Source: Podarcis melisellensis
Lineage: Eukaryota
Length of the DNA stretch: 64,000 bases
Assembly (NCBI GenBank): GCA_964234715.1
Contig: OZ174278.1
Reading direction: 5' to 3' (one strand)
Below the pieces are notes generated by a model that saw nothing but the letters and a program-made list of their open reading frames with translations, searched no databases and was not told the origin of the DNA. Positions 1 through 12,172 of this stretch are shown here, piece after piece (the first letter of the stretch is position 1; the number at the start of each line of letters is the position of its first letter). A program made the translations under genes and the position numbers.

Positions 1-327
1 GGCTTGAGGGGGCCCGAGCCCCCTCAAAAATTCGTTTGGGGGGGCTCCGCCCCCCCAATAATCTCCGGCGCCCCTCCAGCAGAGCGCCATCGCCGCCCCT
101 CCCCCAGCCCAAAATGCACAGGGAGGGGCGGGCTGCATGCCTCCTGCCCTCCCTCCCGAGCAAAAGCTCCACCCAATTTCCTTTGGAGCTGATTAATAGG
201 CGCAGCACGCTCTCCCCTATTCGCTCACGAGGAGGCGGCGCCACTTTATTTGCATATTCATGAGCTTATTTATTATTCATGAGCTTTCCCGGGCCCCCCC
301 AATATTTTTTATAAGTCCGCGTCCCTG
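1..327. mobile_element. GC-rich MITE-like DNA element, left end outside the window
   Basis: G/C-run sub-repeats (gggggcccgagccccc, gggcccccccaatattt) similar to 380-562, ending in ..gcgtccctg; CpG-rich, suggesting youth. Confidence 0.5.
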
Positions 328-379
328 CCGCAGGGTGTTGGGACTAAATGACCCTTGGGGTCCTTCCAGCTCTATAACT

Positions 380-562
380 CAGGGGTGCCAACTTGAATAA
401 AATATTGGGGGAGGCCTAAGTAAGCCCCACCTCACATAATCACATGACACAGTGCATGCTCACCATTTGAATGACAATGCCCATCAAGTTTGGGGGGCTG
501 TCCCCCTCAAATATTTTGTGGGGGGCAAAGCCCTCCAAAGCCCCTAGGAGTTGGCTCCTATG
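380..562. mobile_element. Non-autonomous hAT-like MITE inserted into a CR1-type 3' tail
   Basis: Imperfect TIRs caggggtgccaact / agttggctcctatg; 8-bp TSD ctataact/ctacaatt; the flanks rejoin as gacccttgggggtccttccagct...ctatgat. Confidence 0.65.
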
Positions 563-1509
563 CTACAATTCTATGATCTGGAGAGCAACACATTGGCTAC
601 CTCTGCTCTAACACTGCAGCAACCAAGCCGTACAGTAATCTGAAATAAATACAGCGAAGTCACTGGGACTAGTCTACAGCCAATTGCGTGGTTTTCTTAA
701 CTTAAGCCCTGCTTCAATGGAAATACCCAATAATCCAGGTAAAGTTTCCCGTTAGCTTATGTTTAGCCTGAATTAGTACACTGTAAAACAGAGAAGCACA
801 TGTTTACATCCTAGATAACCTGTACCATTAAGGAAGGCAACCCTGCAAGCAACTAGTTGGGGAAGGGCTGCCGCTCAGGGGCTCCTGCTGCCAAAAACTC
901 CCCTCCCCCTTGGTCTCCAAGAACTCCCAGAGCAATGCAAAGAGCTGAATGGAAGCCAGAGGTGCACAGACACAGTTTTGAGGCTGCTTGGGAAACATCC
1001 AGGAGAGGAGGATTAGAGAGGTGTGGAAGGTGAGGACCTTCAGTCCTGGCAATTGCTCTGTAGGGGCAAGGCCTGTTGGGAAGTGCTGCTGAGGCCACTA
1101 GGCTTAGTGCATGTTCGTTTCCTTGAATAGTTAAAAAACTTCACTGACAACAGATATCTGCTTCTTTTATTGCTGACCTGCATCTGACTCCAGCCCTGGC
1201 AACGTGGCACTGGGGGCAGCACTTCCTGTCTCCGCTGCTGCCTTCTGACAACAAAGGCTAAAAGGTACCTCTCCTTCTGTCACTGCACTGTGACCACCAG
1301 CAGTTTTGAAACTGCAACACTGCCCAGTTCTGCTCTATTCAAAATGGTGACAAGGTGTTTTTAGAAGACAAACCTGTACCATAAGGAGCAGCTAGGGGGA
1401 TATGGGAAATTTCTGGTGCAGCTTTACTCCTATGAAGGCATGGGTGCCAGCTGGGGTTGGATAGGGCCCTAGTTCACTTGAGGGTCATGCACAAAACCAA
1501 GTTACCTCA

Positions 1510-2349
1510 ATATAGTTTTCAACAGTTTTATTGCCTTTAAGGGTTTTTTTTTGTAAAATATAAATACAAAGGCAGAAGAATTTACTTACAAAGTTAAAAC
1601 ACGGATCTCAAACATAAACACACAATTCAGAAAAGATTTAGCTTCTGTACAGTTTTAACCTCAACATATGTTAGTTTTCAATATTTTACAAGATACAGAA
1701 AAAATAGTTCAAAGTCTTCTTTTAAATAAAGAGCATCAAATGTTTAAACATACATATATATATATAAACAATCCAGTTTGCCTTGTGAAAACTAAATTTC
1801 ACATCTTTTAAATTAAGATATAAAAGTTCACACAACTAGCTGATGCGCATGGATATGTTTTAAATTTATATTACAGTCCATTGAATTATATTCAATAGGG
1901 TTTACCTGGCCAAAGCAGGCAACTCTGTAAACAAAAATGAAAATTTTATGAAGTGCCTTACCCAATACAGTCTCCCAAGACAACCATATGACTTTGATCA
2001 CACTGCCTGTCACAGGCATCTCCCGTGAAACCAAAGCTTTGTGTGAAGCAATACCACTTCCTTTATTTAAAAAAAAGTCCCAAGTAAAAACAAATTTATA
2101 CCAAAGTTTGTGTGCATTTAAAGGAACATTATATAACAATTTGTAAAAACTGAATGACATCTCTAAAAAAAAAAAAAGAAATCTTCCAAAAGTCCACCCA
2201 TCTGGAATTTATTTATATATTTATAATATGTATATAAAGGAAAGGTATCTTATTTAACAGTGTCCTTTATTTACAGAAATGGTGGCATTAACACATATAC
2301 ATAAAGACATAACTTTACAGAGAACTGTACATTAAAGCGGCCTGGAAGT
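1510..2349 (-). other. BCOR: BCOR 3'UTR (about 840 nt, AU-rich)
   Basis: Follows the stop codon, is U/A-rich and free of obvious TEs, and ends at AATAAA with a downstream GU-rich tract. The 3' end is approximate. Confidence 0.75.
1527..1532 (-). terminator. Probable main polyadenylation signal AATAAA
   Basis: tttatt on the + strand; GU-rich element ttggttttgtg about 30 nt further downstream (1489-1500). Confidence 0.7.
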
Positions 2350-2635
2350 TCACCAATGATCCATATCCTCATCTGGATGCAACCACTCGAGTGAAGCTCC
2401 CAGCAAAGTCTGTAGCTCACTTGTATATTCCACCAAGTCCAGCATTTCCTTGCCTTCCGGGTTGAAAGCTTCTAGATCCTTTTGGCAAGAGAACAGCTGA
2501 CTCAAAGATACCTGTTTGAAAAATTCTGCCTCCATGATGCTGACAACTTCCACGCTTGGGAAACTGCTACGAAATATCCGGGGCGACATTTTCAGCCTCT
2601 TTGCTGCGTCAGAAAGCAGCAACCAATTCCGTGGT
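2350..2635 (-). CDS. BCOR: BCOR exon 15 coding part (PUFD domain; PRNWLLLSD...[13 protein letters not shown])
   Basis: Acceptor ttgttctatag|A; ORF 2350..2646; TGA at 2352-2350. Confidence 0.97.
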
Positions 2636-3150
2636 CTATAGAACAAAGTAAAGAAAGAAGTTCAAATTACCAGTAAGATGGCACAAAGGCTTCAGTCATT
2701 TCAATTATGTCAGTAATTATTTGCGTAACTGGCCACATTCCCTTTTTTGTGATATTGATGAGAAAGAGCTCTACATCAGGCAGTCAATGCTATATACTTT
2801 ACTTGGACATTGCAAAAACGTGAAAAGAACTCTTAAGTAGCCAGTTGACAGGAATGGGGACCTTTAATAACAGTTTGAAATACAGGAGTGGATTTTGTTC
2901 TGCATGTAGCTCTAAATCAGCACACAATCCATGCAGATACAGACACACAAAATCATCAAGAGAGATGCACAATGCAATGTGGGTGGATTGTACCCTTCCA
3001 GAAGCTGAATATAAATAAAAAATGCAAGCCAAAGCCCATTTCCACCAAAACCAATGCCAAAAGAATCACAAAACCCATTTGGAGAGGCTACATGAAAATC
3101 ACAAGACTTCACAACTACCTCAAATATTTATACCATCTCCATTTCCTTAC

Positions 3151-3301
3151 CCTTGAGAAAGAGACACTTGGATGTTATAGCATGGCAACAGAGGTACATC
3201 TGAAAATTCAAACTCAAAGATGTCACTAAGACCATCTTCATCCTCATCACTTGAGCCAGGTGGATTAGATAGGATGTCAAAACCTGTTTCCCCCTTTGGC
3301 T
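3151..3301 (-). CDS. BCOR: BCOR exon 14 (151 nt; [51 protein letters not shown]), linker/PUFD start
   Basis: Acceptor tttaaatag|AG, donor CAAGG|gtaagg; [17 protein letters not shown] motif. Confidence 0.95.
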
Positions 3302-3453
3302 CTATTTAAAAGAAAAAGAAAAAAAGAAATGAGAACCAGTGTGAAACATACAGCAAAATGTGCATCTTGCGTGGCTTTCCACCTGCACCTCCTATACACC
3401 CACCCACACAAAAAAAAACCCATGCATAATACAAAAAAGGAATGTTTGCTCAC

Positions 3454-3531
3454 CGCACACAGAGCTGCCATAGAAGTCCCAGGACAAGCCGGGGTCATCG
3501 ACACTTCGACCTTGCAGGTCAGTTAAGTACT
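3454..3531 (-). CDS. BCOR: BCOR exon 13 (78 nt; EYLTDLQGRSVDDPGLSWDFYGSSVC)
   Basis: Acceptor tgcccctag|AG, donor TGCG|gtgagc; manual translation matches human YLNDLQGR...WDFYGSSVC. Confidence 0.95.
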
Positions 3532-5418
3532 CTAGGGGCAGCAACAATAACAACAAATTTAGTCAAAACAAAATGTTGGCGAGTTTTAAAGACAATCTTG
3601 TCATAAAGCATCACAATATTCATACTCCAAGAAGTTTTGCTTTTGCAAAGCTCTTGAATACAATGTACGGTAATCTGTTTTATTGATCAGGCCACTGCAG
3701 ATGCCCAAATGAGACACTATCTCTCATCTTACTTCCTTTCTAAAACCCTTCTCCTGTTTCCACCTACTTATCTCTTCTGTCCTTTTCCATTCCTGTCCTC
3801 GGCATTCTCATTTGGCACACTCCTAAAACAGACTCTGAACATAGAGGCTACAATGACCTTAGATTAATCTTGCTATAGATTACATGTGCTCTATATGAAC
3901 TCACCCAGCCTCAGAGACACTTTTCCAGACATCCCTACATTATTCTGAGGTTAGAGGAGTAGCTACCAGAGAGGGGACCTTTTCAGTGGTTGTGCCCAAA
4001 CTTTGCAAGTCACTCCCCAGCACATGTGCTTAACATCTTCCTTATTATCTTTTAGGTACCAGGCAATATCAAGTCATGCTCCTTAGGCTTTTGAACAGCA
4101 TCTGATTTGACCTTTCAGAGTATCAATTCCTTCTGCTTGTACCTTGTTTTATTGCTCCAGGCCTGCTTTTCTTTGATTTTATACTGCTTGCTATTTATTT
4201 ATTTATTATTGCTGGTTTTGATTAGGTTTTATTATTTTGTTTTGTTTTAATTCTTAACTGCCTCAAAAGTAACCCTTGGAAGTAACGTTTTGAAATAGGC
4301 AGGATTTTATTTTATTTTATTTTTAAAGGAAAGGAAACATAGCCTATTGCAGTGAGCTGGGCTGCTCTGTAGAAAATGGTTCAAATACTCCCAGCTGCAT
4401 GAAGCTTTGATAGGCAGGAAGGGAAAGAAGCATATGGACCATAGTAAATCTCTGCCTTCTTGCTGTAAACTCCCCTGAATTTTGCATTTCATCCCACCAG
4501 AGCCCCAAAGGATTGTAATTTTACCCTCACCACTTTTGCCAGATGGGTGGGAAAGACCCTTTGACCTACTAGCAAGACCAAGCTGTTGATATTGCATCTT
4601 TTAATGCAGCTAACAGCACAATCCTGGGTCTTGCTCTCTCATAAATGTATTGATGGTTGCCGCCTAAATCCAATGGCATATTATTATATAACATAGCGGT
4701 TATGTTTTCATAACAGTGCTTCTGAAGTCCTAAAAGACCTGTATTTCTGTTCTAAACTAGCCAATTAACGGACTAAATTTTACAGCCTGAGTTTGTATTG
4801 CTGTTCCCTAAAATGAGTCATCGACTTTGGTAGAAAATTATTTATTTACCTGTTGCATTTATTAGTTGCGTTTTTCACCAAAAAATGACCCAAAGAGACT
4901 CACATCGCAAAGCAAACATTAAAACAAAGTAGAAATAAAAACCTAAAGATCCATGTATGTGGCAGATGAACTCAGTCCACTAAGATGAGCAAAAAAGAGA
5001 GATATACCTAATACCCTCCATATTAAGAGGCAAAAGCTTGAGCAGATAGAAATGTTTTTGCCTAGCATCTCAAAATGGATACTGACAGCATCAGGCAGGC
5101 CTCCCTTATGACAGCATTCCACAAGCAGGGAGCCACCAATGAAAGGGCCCGTTCCCATGCTGCCTCCCTCCACACCTCCCTCAGAGGTTTGCCTCAAATG
5201 TCAAACACAGGCCCAGGTAAGTTCCTCCACAGAGAAGCAGCAATTTGGGTACTGGGATCTTGAGTAAAAACAAGTACTTTGAACTGAACCCAGAAACTAA
5301 TTGGTAGTCACTGCAGTCATACCAGAATTGCTTTTATAGGCTTCAACTGTCTTGCCCTGGTCAGCAGTCTGACCGATGACTTCCATAAACAAAGAAACAA
5401 AGTAATAGTGTTGCACAC

Positions 5419-5564
5419 CTGTTAGAAACGTTTCCATTAGTTCGCTGTGTGTCATTTTCACAATCGTTCGACCAGAGTACGTTGCAAGCGTTGGATCAGC
5501 ACCATACGAAAGTAGTAATCGGACAATTTCCAGGTGATCGTTTTCCACAGCATCATGAACAGGC
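5419..5564 (-). CDS. BCOR: BCOR exon 12 (146 nt; [48 protein letters not shown])
   Basis: Acceptor ctctgcccccag|G, donor ACAG|gtgtgc; ORF 5297..5548. Confidence 0.96.
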
Positions 5565-5971
5565 CTGGGGGCAGAGAGGGGGAAAGGACACCTTCATTTC
5601 AAATTCACATACTGTACCGAGACACATTTTGTTTCCATTTGAAGCAAAAACACCATTATCTTTATCATAAGGTATGGCGGGTGACCATCTACTAATTGCT
5701 TTTCTCAACATTTTAAAATCAAATGTTAACTTCAGGAATTAAACAAAGCTTACATGGCAAATGAATAGACATACGATATTAAATGGCATGCTCCCTTAAA
5801 GATAGGCAACAGCGATTAATCACTACTGTGATGACTTTGACCAAGTAACTTCAATCTCATCTTTTAAACAAATTCCCATTTTTAACAACCACCGAATTCT
5901 ATTCAGCTTCCATGTTTGGTACCTTGAGGTCACTTAATAAAATTGTTGTACAGGGCTATGTATGGTGGTCT

Positions 5972-5973
<2 letters not shown>

Positions 5974-6014
<41 letters not shown>

Positions 6015-6028
6015 CATGTGTGTGTGTA
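5974..6028. repeat. (GT)n microsatellite
   Basis: Direct reading. Confidence 0.95.
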
Positions 6029-6232
6029 TGGCCATAATCATCAGTGTTAGACTTGGATATGAAGCTAGCTGTGATGATACAATTGCAAGGGGAAACCCTT
6101 TCAACACTCAAAAAAATTTTTCTTAGTTTTCCCCATATGTCTGATAACAAAATAGGACTGGAAGACTCTACTGCCAGCCTCCTTCCTGCACATAAAAATC
6201 TGCAGCTAGCTTAGGAGAGCAACATTCCTGAA

Positions 6233-6369
6233 TTCATAGAATCATAAGAGTTGGAAGGGACCACAAGGGTCATCTAGTCAAACCCCTTGCAATGGCCAAC
6301 ATCTTTTGCCCAACATGCAGCTCGAACCCATGATCCTAAAACTACCTCGTGCTCTACCAGCTGAGCTAT
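6233..6369 (-). mobile_element. Short tRNA-derived SINE with CR1-type 3' tail
   Basis: On the - strand: tRNA-like head (atagctcagctggtagagc...gggttcgag), then ...gacccttgtggtcccttccaactct and (attctatg)n tail; related to the copy at 61583. Confidence 0.75.
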
Positions 6370-8457
6370 TTGAGAACATAACATGCCAACTCTAAATGCA
6401 CAATAATTCCTAAGATTTTCACACACACACACTTTTATTTAGGGCTGAGGTCTTAAGCATCAAATGCACAGAAAGTAGGAAGTTATGAGCTATATACAGA
6501 TTTGCTATAAGCAGAGCAGCACAGGTTTTGAAAGCCACCAACGAGGGAGACAATAAAATTCCTGCTCTCGCTGTTTGCCTAGCATAGTAAAAACGGGGTT
6601 GTGAAGAAATTGGCAGGCAGCATGCAGAGCTGGGGGGCTGCATTTGTTTGGGAATGGCAAATTGTTCAGGGCTGCTGTGCACTGAATATACAACTGTCTT
6701 CCACACATTTGCTGTATAGGAGGCAAACACAGCAGCACAGGGACAACCTTAATGGCCTGGCAAAGCATCTACACCAGTGCAATGAAGCAGCAACACACGT
6801 ATTTTGCACAAATTCCCCCCAGAAGTGCATATGGGCATCATGCCATTCAGAGACAGAGAGATTCCTGCAACCATTTAGATTGGTGACCAGCAAAACAGGG
6901 CGGAGGATAGCAAAAACTGGATGCCCCTATGAACTGGGGGAACGCTTTAGAAATCCCAGTTCTTGCCACTTCTAGAAAGGGCAAAATTTATCCAGCAAAT
7001 CCGTGCAACTCTGATCTAGCGAGTGCTTGCTCCCAGTTTTAAACGAGAGAGCAGGGTTTTTTCTGGTACAGAAATCAGGAGTACCTCAAGACCACAAGGC
7101 ATGCACACCTGCTCAGGCTTAAGAGAGGGGGAGATACTGAAAGACCCTGCTGTGCTCATGTCAATTCCTCTGGGGGAAGACTTGGCCTGAGTTCCCATTA
7201 CGGCTGCGGCACACAGAGTCGGTTCTACTGCAGTCACTCCCCGGCTCCCTGCCTATAGAGATCACATCACTCTCAACAGCAGCTGCCTTTCCTAGGCTGT
7301 AGCTTCATTCATCCTCCCACCAGCCTCACGACCTGCAAGAACTGCTTCCTATCTCAGCTGTTGCAGGCAGCCAGCACAGGAAGCAGCTGCTCTTCAGGCT
7401 TCATAACCCAATCTCTCTCAACACACACACACCAACCAGTGGCTAACCAAGTTGTCTGGGTTTCCTGACCCCATTGACAGGCTCCATCTTAGTGTATGAG
7501 AGCCAGAGTACAGGAAAGAGGCTACGAAAAACTGAATGAGGAGCAAACTTAGAAGTAATGGAAAGCGACAACAGGAGCAAGGGGGCAAGGGAGAGATTAT
7601 ACTAGCAAACATTTTATATATCCAGCAAGTAATAATAAAGCCACCTTAAAGTAAATATAAGACTAGTTAATATTGGACCACATAGCTAGGTAAACTCAAT
7701 TTAAGTTTCTTAATGGTTGAGATTACATGCACAACACCATCTTTTGGTTCATTTTATCTACAGCAGCTACCAAGCACCAAAGAAGCACAGTAGTCTTTGG
7801 GGGCATCAAACAGGACAGGGCAACTTCAATATCAGGTTGCAGAGAAGTTAAATATCCATACAGAAACAGAAATTGAGCAGTGGTTGTGCGAGTGGAACGC
7901 AGTTCACCATAGTTTAAGCTGTGGGGAAGCTGAACCTTTTGATCTAGAATCCAAATATATATAGTGGGAGAGGGAAGTCACTGAGTGCAAAGGGAAAGGC
8001 ACTCTGCATATGCTCAGATGCCATACCTTTAATTACAACTTCCCATGCCCCTGGCATCCAAAACAAGTTTCTCAAGCTAAGCCTTTCCCATGAAGCTCTA
8101 CACACACCACTAGTTGAATTGCCCTGGTCCATTTACCAGACAAGATATTTCACATGACATAAGTGACCTCTTGATTCGGTTGGCAGTTTTTAATATCTCA
8201 GTGCAAGGTTTTCCCTGAAGAACATTAGGTTAGGTGTAACCTAGTGGCAGTGTCCCACCCCACTGCTCTCTTAAAAATTAGCTGTTACAGTATGTCGGCT
8301 CATGAGCCAGCAGACCTACAGTAAGAAAAGAAAACGAAGCCATTTTGCCATGTTCCTCTCTTAAAGGAAAATGGGCTAAATCTATCTGCCATCATGATTG
8401 CTGTGCAGAGATATTAACATGGAACGTGAGGGCACTTAATGCAACAGGATCATATAA

Positions 8458-8500
8458 TATATTATTATTATCATTATTATCATTATTATTATCATTATTA
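8458..8500. repeat. (ATT/ATC)n microsatellite
   Basis: Direct reading. Confidence 0.9.
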
Positions 8501-8942
8501 TGACAGGCATAGTAAATGGAGGAGTATTGCCTAGAAAAATAAATTTGTATTAAATATACCAATATATAAAACGAGTCATACATGGTTGTAAGTAAGTAGA
8601 GTATGTATACTTTCCTGTGAATAAGTCTAGTTTCTTGGGGTGGGGTGAATTGAAGACACTTCTATGATGCCCAACTTTTAAGGTGAGACCTGCCCCCCAC
8701 AAGCTGCTTGAAAACTGCCCATTTAAAAAATCACATTCATCTTCCTAATCCTTAACACACACAGCTGCCAATCACAAAGTGAAAATGGCAAGAGGGAGGC
8801 TGAAGAGGGAAGCAGTCCCTGACTCTTAAAGATTTTTTCCAAAACGTGCTGCAGGGTTTTTGCTTTGGGTAGATTTTGTTTTATATGGCACTGTGTTGTC
8901 GTTTTGTTTGTTTGTTATATATATATATATATATATATATAT

Positions 8943-9140
8943 GCTTTCGTAGATTTTCACGGGTACAGGAATGCAGGTTTTGGTGTCCTCGGGTGTCTTC
9001 CCGTGTAAAAGTTGGGGTGTCTAGGCGACGTTTCGACGAGGTCTCACTCGTCATCTTCAAGATGACGAGTGAGACCTCGTCGAAACGTCGCCTAGACACC
9101 CCAACTTTTACACGGGAAGACACCCGAGGACACCAAAACC

Positions 9141-9191
<51 letters not shown>

Positions 9192-9448
9192 TTTCGTAGA
9201 TTTTCACGGGTACAGGAATGCAGGTTTTGGTGTCCTCGGGTGTCTTCCCGTGTAAAAGTTGGGGTGTCTAGGCGACGTTTCGACGAGGTCTCACTCGTCA
9301 TCTTCAGGCTGGTGCTTTCGGCTTCTTGTTCCAGTAACAAGAAGCCGAAAGCACCAGCCTGAAGATGACGAGTGAGACCTCGTCGAAACGTCGCCTAGAC
9401 ACCCCAACTTTTACACGGGAAGACACCCGAGGACACCAAAACCTGCAT
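8943..9448. mobile_element. Penelope-like retroelement terminal fragments: four copies of a ~90-115-bp unit in two tandem inverted pairs embedded in (TA)n
   Basis: Perfect palindromes 8971-9145 and 9218-9448; hammerhead-like CTGAAGA-stem-GAAAC motif typical of PLE pseudo-LTRs; (TA)n target. Family assignment is inferred. Confidence 0.7.
9359..9392 (+). ncRNA. Minimal hammerhead ribozyme-like motif (mirror copy on - strand at 9274-9307)
   Basis: CTGAAGA-T-GACGAG[TGAGAC]CTCGTC-GAAA-CGTC: both core boxes, a 6-bp helix II and a GTC triplet; helix I is weak. Confidence 0.55.
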
Positions 9449-10458
9449 ATATATATATATATATACATGCTGTCGTTTGTTATTTTGTAAACTGCTTAGA
9501 AACTGATTTATTATTAAGCAGCATGCAAATATATGAATTGATAACAATAGGTTATTTCACTGAGGAAATGGGAAAATGGAGGAGGAGAAGCCAGTGGGTC
9601 AAATGCAGCCAAACCTGCTCCCCTCCAGATGTGTTTGGCAGTTGCAGCTGCAAGAGGGAGGGACAAGGCGGCAGGGGAGCTCAGTGTGGATACAGATGTT
9701 CCTGATGCTGCAACCCACACCACACACACACACGCCTTGCCGCTCCTCTTCTCAGTAACTGGCAGTGAAGTGCAGTGTTTGGAAGCAACACAGCCCTGTC
9801 CTGCCAGCCACAAATGTGTTCTGGTCTACAACTCCTGGCTGGGGCTAATGAGTTTTAATTCAAAACATCTGGAGGGCACCAGGTTGGGGGAAATGAAAGG
9901 CATAAGTAGTCTGGCGTGAAGAGTCGTGGCTTTTCAGCATGTGTAGCCACATCAATGTGAATCTGAGTGAGATGGTAGCTCATTCCAAGCACATGCATTT
10001 GTTACTGTGAAGGGAATTAGGAATTTCATAAAAACAAATGCATCTCGACAGCAAATTTTAAAACCGCACGGAAGGGGAGTGGATTGTGAAAGTAGGGAAC
10101 GAGAAGCTGGGGGTCCTTCCACTTCCCAGACTGATAAGTGCATGAAAGGTTCAAGATTACAGATAAATAGAAAGACATCAGATGAGAACTCTCAAAACTC
10201 TCAAGGACACTTACAGAGGACAGATCAAGTCGCACGTCAGATGGAACAGGGCAGAAAACCCTACTGGATTTTCTCCCAACCCTATATGTGGATGATTTTG
10301 GGATGCAATCCTACACACACTGTCCAACACACCAACCATGGAGCATGGGAGGGTGTTTCTGCTTCAGCATATCCTAGGGGCAGTGACAAATTGTTGTGAG
10401 GAGCCTGAATTTATTTCCTGTTTCTTTAAAATTCAGAACAGTCAAGGACCTGATAGAT

Positions 10459-10544
10459 TCTGATTGTATTTTATATACATAATCTCTGTTGAACGAGTGA
10501 ATCTGATTGCATTTTATATACATAATCTCTGTTGAATGAGTGAA
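10459..10544. repeat. 43-bp tandem duplication (2 copies, 2 mismatches)
   Basis: tctgattg(t/c)attttatatacataatctctgttgaa(c/t)gagtgaa x2. Confidence 0.9.
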
Positions 10545-11097
10545 TTTGTACTATCTAAAAACAATCGAAGTGCAACAAAAGCCATACTTGGAAGACCTGT
10601 CTCTAAAGAAAGAAGACAGCCTTGATCTGCTCCTTCACAGACATTCCCCCTTGAAATGATATTAGCTTTTTAGTAGGGTAGGACCTCTTTGGCAAATTTT
10701 GAGAGAGAGAGAAGTGTTTGATCGGCCTGCTGGGCCCAAGACAAAGAGGACTTAATAGGTCAAGGCAAACTGACTACTAGCAGCTGTTGGAAGGCTAATA
10801 CTGATGCCTTTCTATGCAAGACATCACTGCTACACACTTAAGTCACAAATATGAGGAGAGGTGCCAGCCTGGAGAGCACAGTATGCTTGCTAGGTTCATT
10901 CTCAGGAGATGGCAGCTCCAAGAATACTATAGTTCTAGGAGTGTAGCTGTTGTGGGGATGGCATGTGAATCATGGAAGACAAACTCTCACCACTGAAAAC
11001 AGCGCATGGACACAGGATTTCTATACCACAGCTGGTGGACGTACAAAACCTTGCAATGTGGTTTGCACCAAGTGGTCCCATTGCATGGATTCTACAG

Positions 11098-11233
11098 CAG
11101 GCTTCCTCAAACTCGGCCCTCCAGATGTTTTGACACTACAATTCCCAGCATCCCTGACCACTGGTCCTGCTAGCTAGGGATCATGGGAGTTGTAGGCCAA
11201 AAACATATGGAGGGCCGGGTTTGATGAAGCCTG
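11098..11233. mobile_element. Non-autonomous hAT MITE (136 bp)
   Basis: TIRs caggcttcctcaaactcggccctcca / tggagggccgggtttgatgaagcctg; perfect 8-bp TSD ttctacag. Confidence 0.9.
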
Positions 11234-11978
11234 TTCTACAGAGTTGTGCTGAGATCCCAAAGTACCCTCTCCCCCCGTTTTAAATTCTGTGGTTGCTGGG
11301 ATCCCCAATCCAAACATGCCCACTGATAATTTGCATTTCCTTTCCTTGTCAACATCAAATTACAGAGTTTGCACAACCTCGTTCTCTGCAATGCTAGCAC
11401 TACTGATGCCATATTCACTTTGCCATAGGATGGTTCATACATTGGTTTTCCATAGCAAAGCAGTGATTTACGGTAAAAAAAACCCAGTAATGCAGAATAC
11501 CATTGCATTGCTGCTTGGGGGCTCTGAATCTGCGCCTGCTACCTTGATAAGAGCACCATTAAACCCAGACATACATGTGCACTTCCTTCCTGCTGTCGCC
11601 TGTGTCACTTTCATGATGGAATGGGGAGCCATGGAAGTCACATTCAAATACATGGGAGAGGAAAATGTAGAGGCAGAACATTGCGGAGTTGACTCTCAGG
11701 TCCAGCAGGAAAGGGAGACAAATGCATCTGCTGAGCTCCACTTCACAGCACATCATGCGGCAGCAAAGGATGGAAATGGAAGGCCCATGCAAGGAGGCTG
11801 GTGGGTGTGTACTTAATCCAGTGGTTGCTGCTCCTACATCGTGGGAGGGCAGGTAGAGGGCACCCTAGCACTAAGCAATGAGAGATTCTGGTGCTTGGTA
11901 GGTGAAAGGGTATGTCAACCTTTAGCCATGTAAGAAATGCTCAGGAAGCTGGTGTTAAGAAACAATGCTAATGTAGAA

Positions 11979-12172
11979 GCATAAGAACCCGCTGCCTTAC
12001 CCAGAGTCAGGCCATTGGGCCTATCTAGTTCTGTATGGTCTATGTGATGACCAGCAGAAGCTCTCTGGGGTCTGAGACAGGAGGACATTCCCTGTCCTAC
12101 CCGGGGGGGGGGGGGTTGAACCTGAGACTTTCTGCATGCAAAACAGGTGCTGTCTACCGCTGAATTATGGAA
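11979..12172 (-). mobile_element. Older tRNA-derived SINE
   Basis: tRNA-like head (tcagcggtagacagcacctgttttgcatgcagaaagtctcaggttcaa) and a gcccaatggcctgactc..aaggcagc tail; related copies at about 16215-16420 and 58679-58856. Confidence 0.65.

Noticed and set aside
2350-2635. Internal tandem duplication in PUFD (as seen in human BCOR-ITD tumours)
   Set aside because: Exon 15 is single-copy and of normal length.
6300-6369. tRNA genes at tRNA-like segments (also about 12110-12172, 58790-58856 and 61660-61725)
   Set aside because: They are degenerate SINE heads attached to LINE-derived tails, with no intact cloverleaf.
8876-9340. Mirror-image ORFs on both strands, or a CRISPR-like array
   Set aside because: The ORFs are by-products of the palindromes and (TA)n. 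The repeats are inverted, lack unique spacers and are in eukaryotic DNA.
11289-11816. 175-aa + strand ORF in intron 11
   Set aside because: No recognisable homology, non-ATG start and no splice or promoter support.
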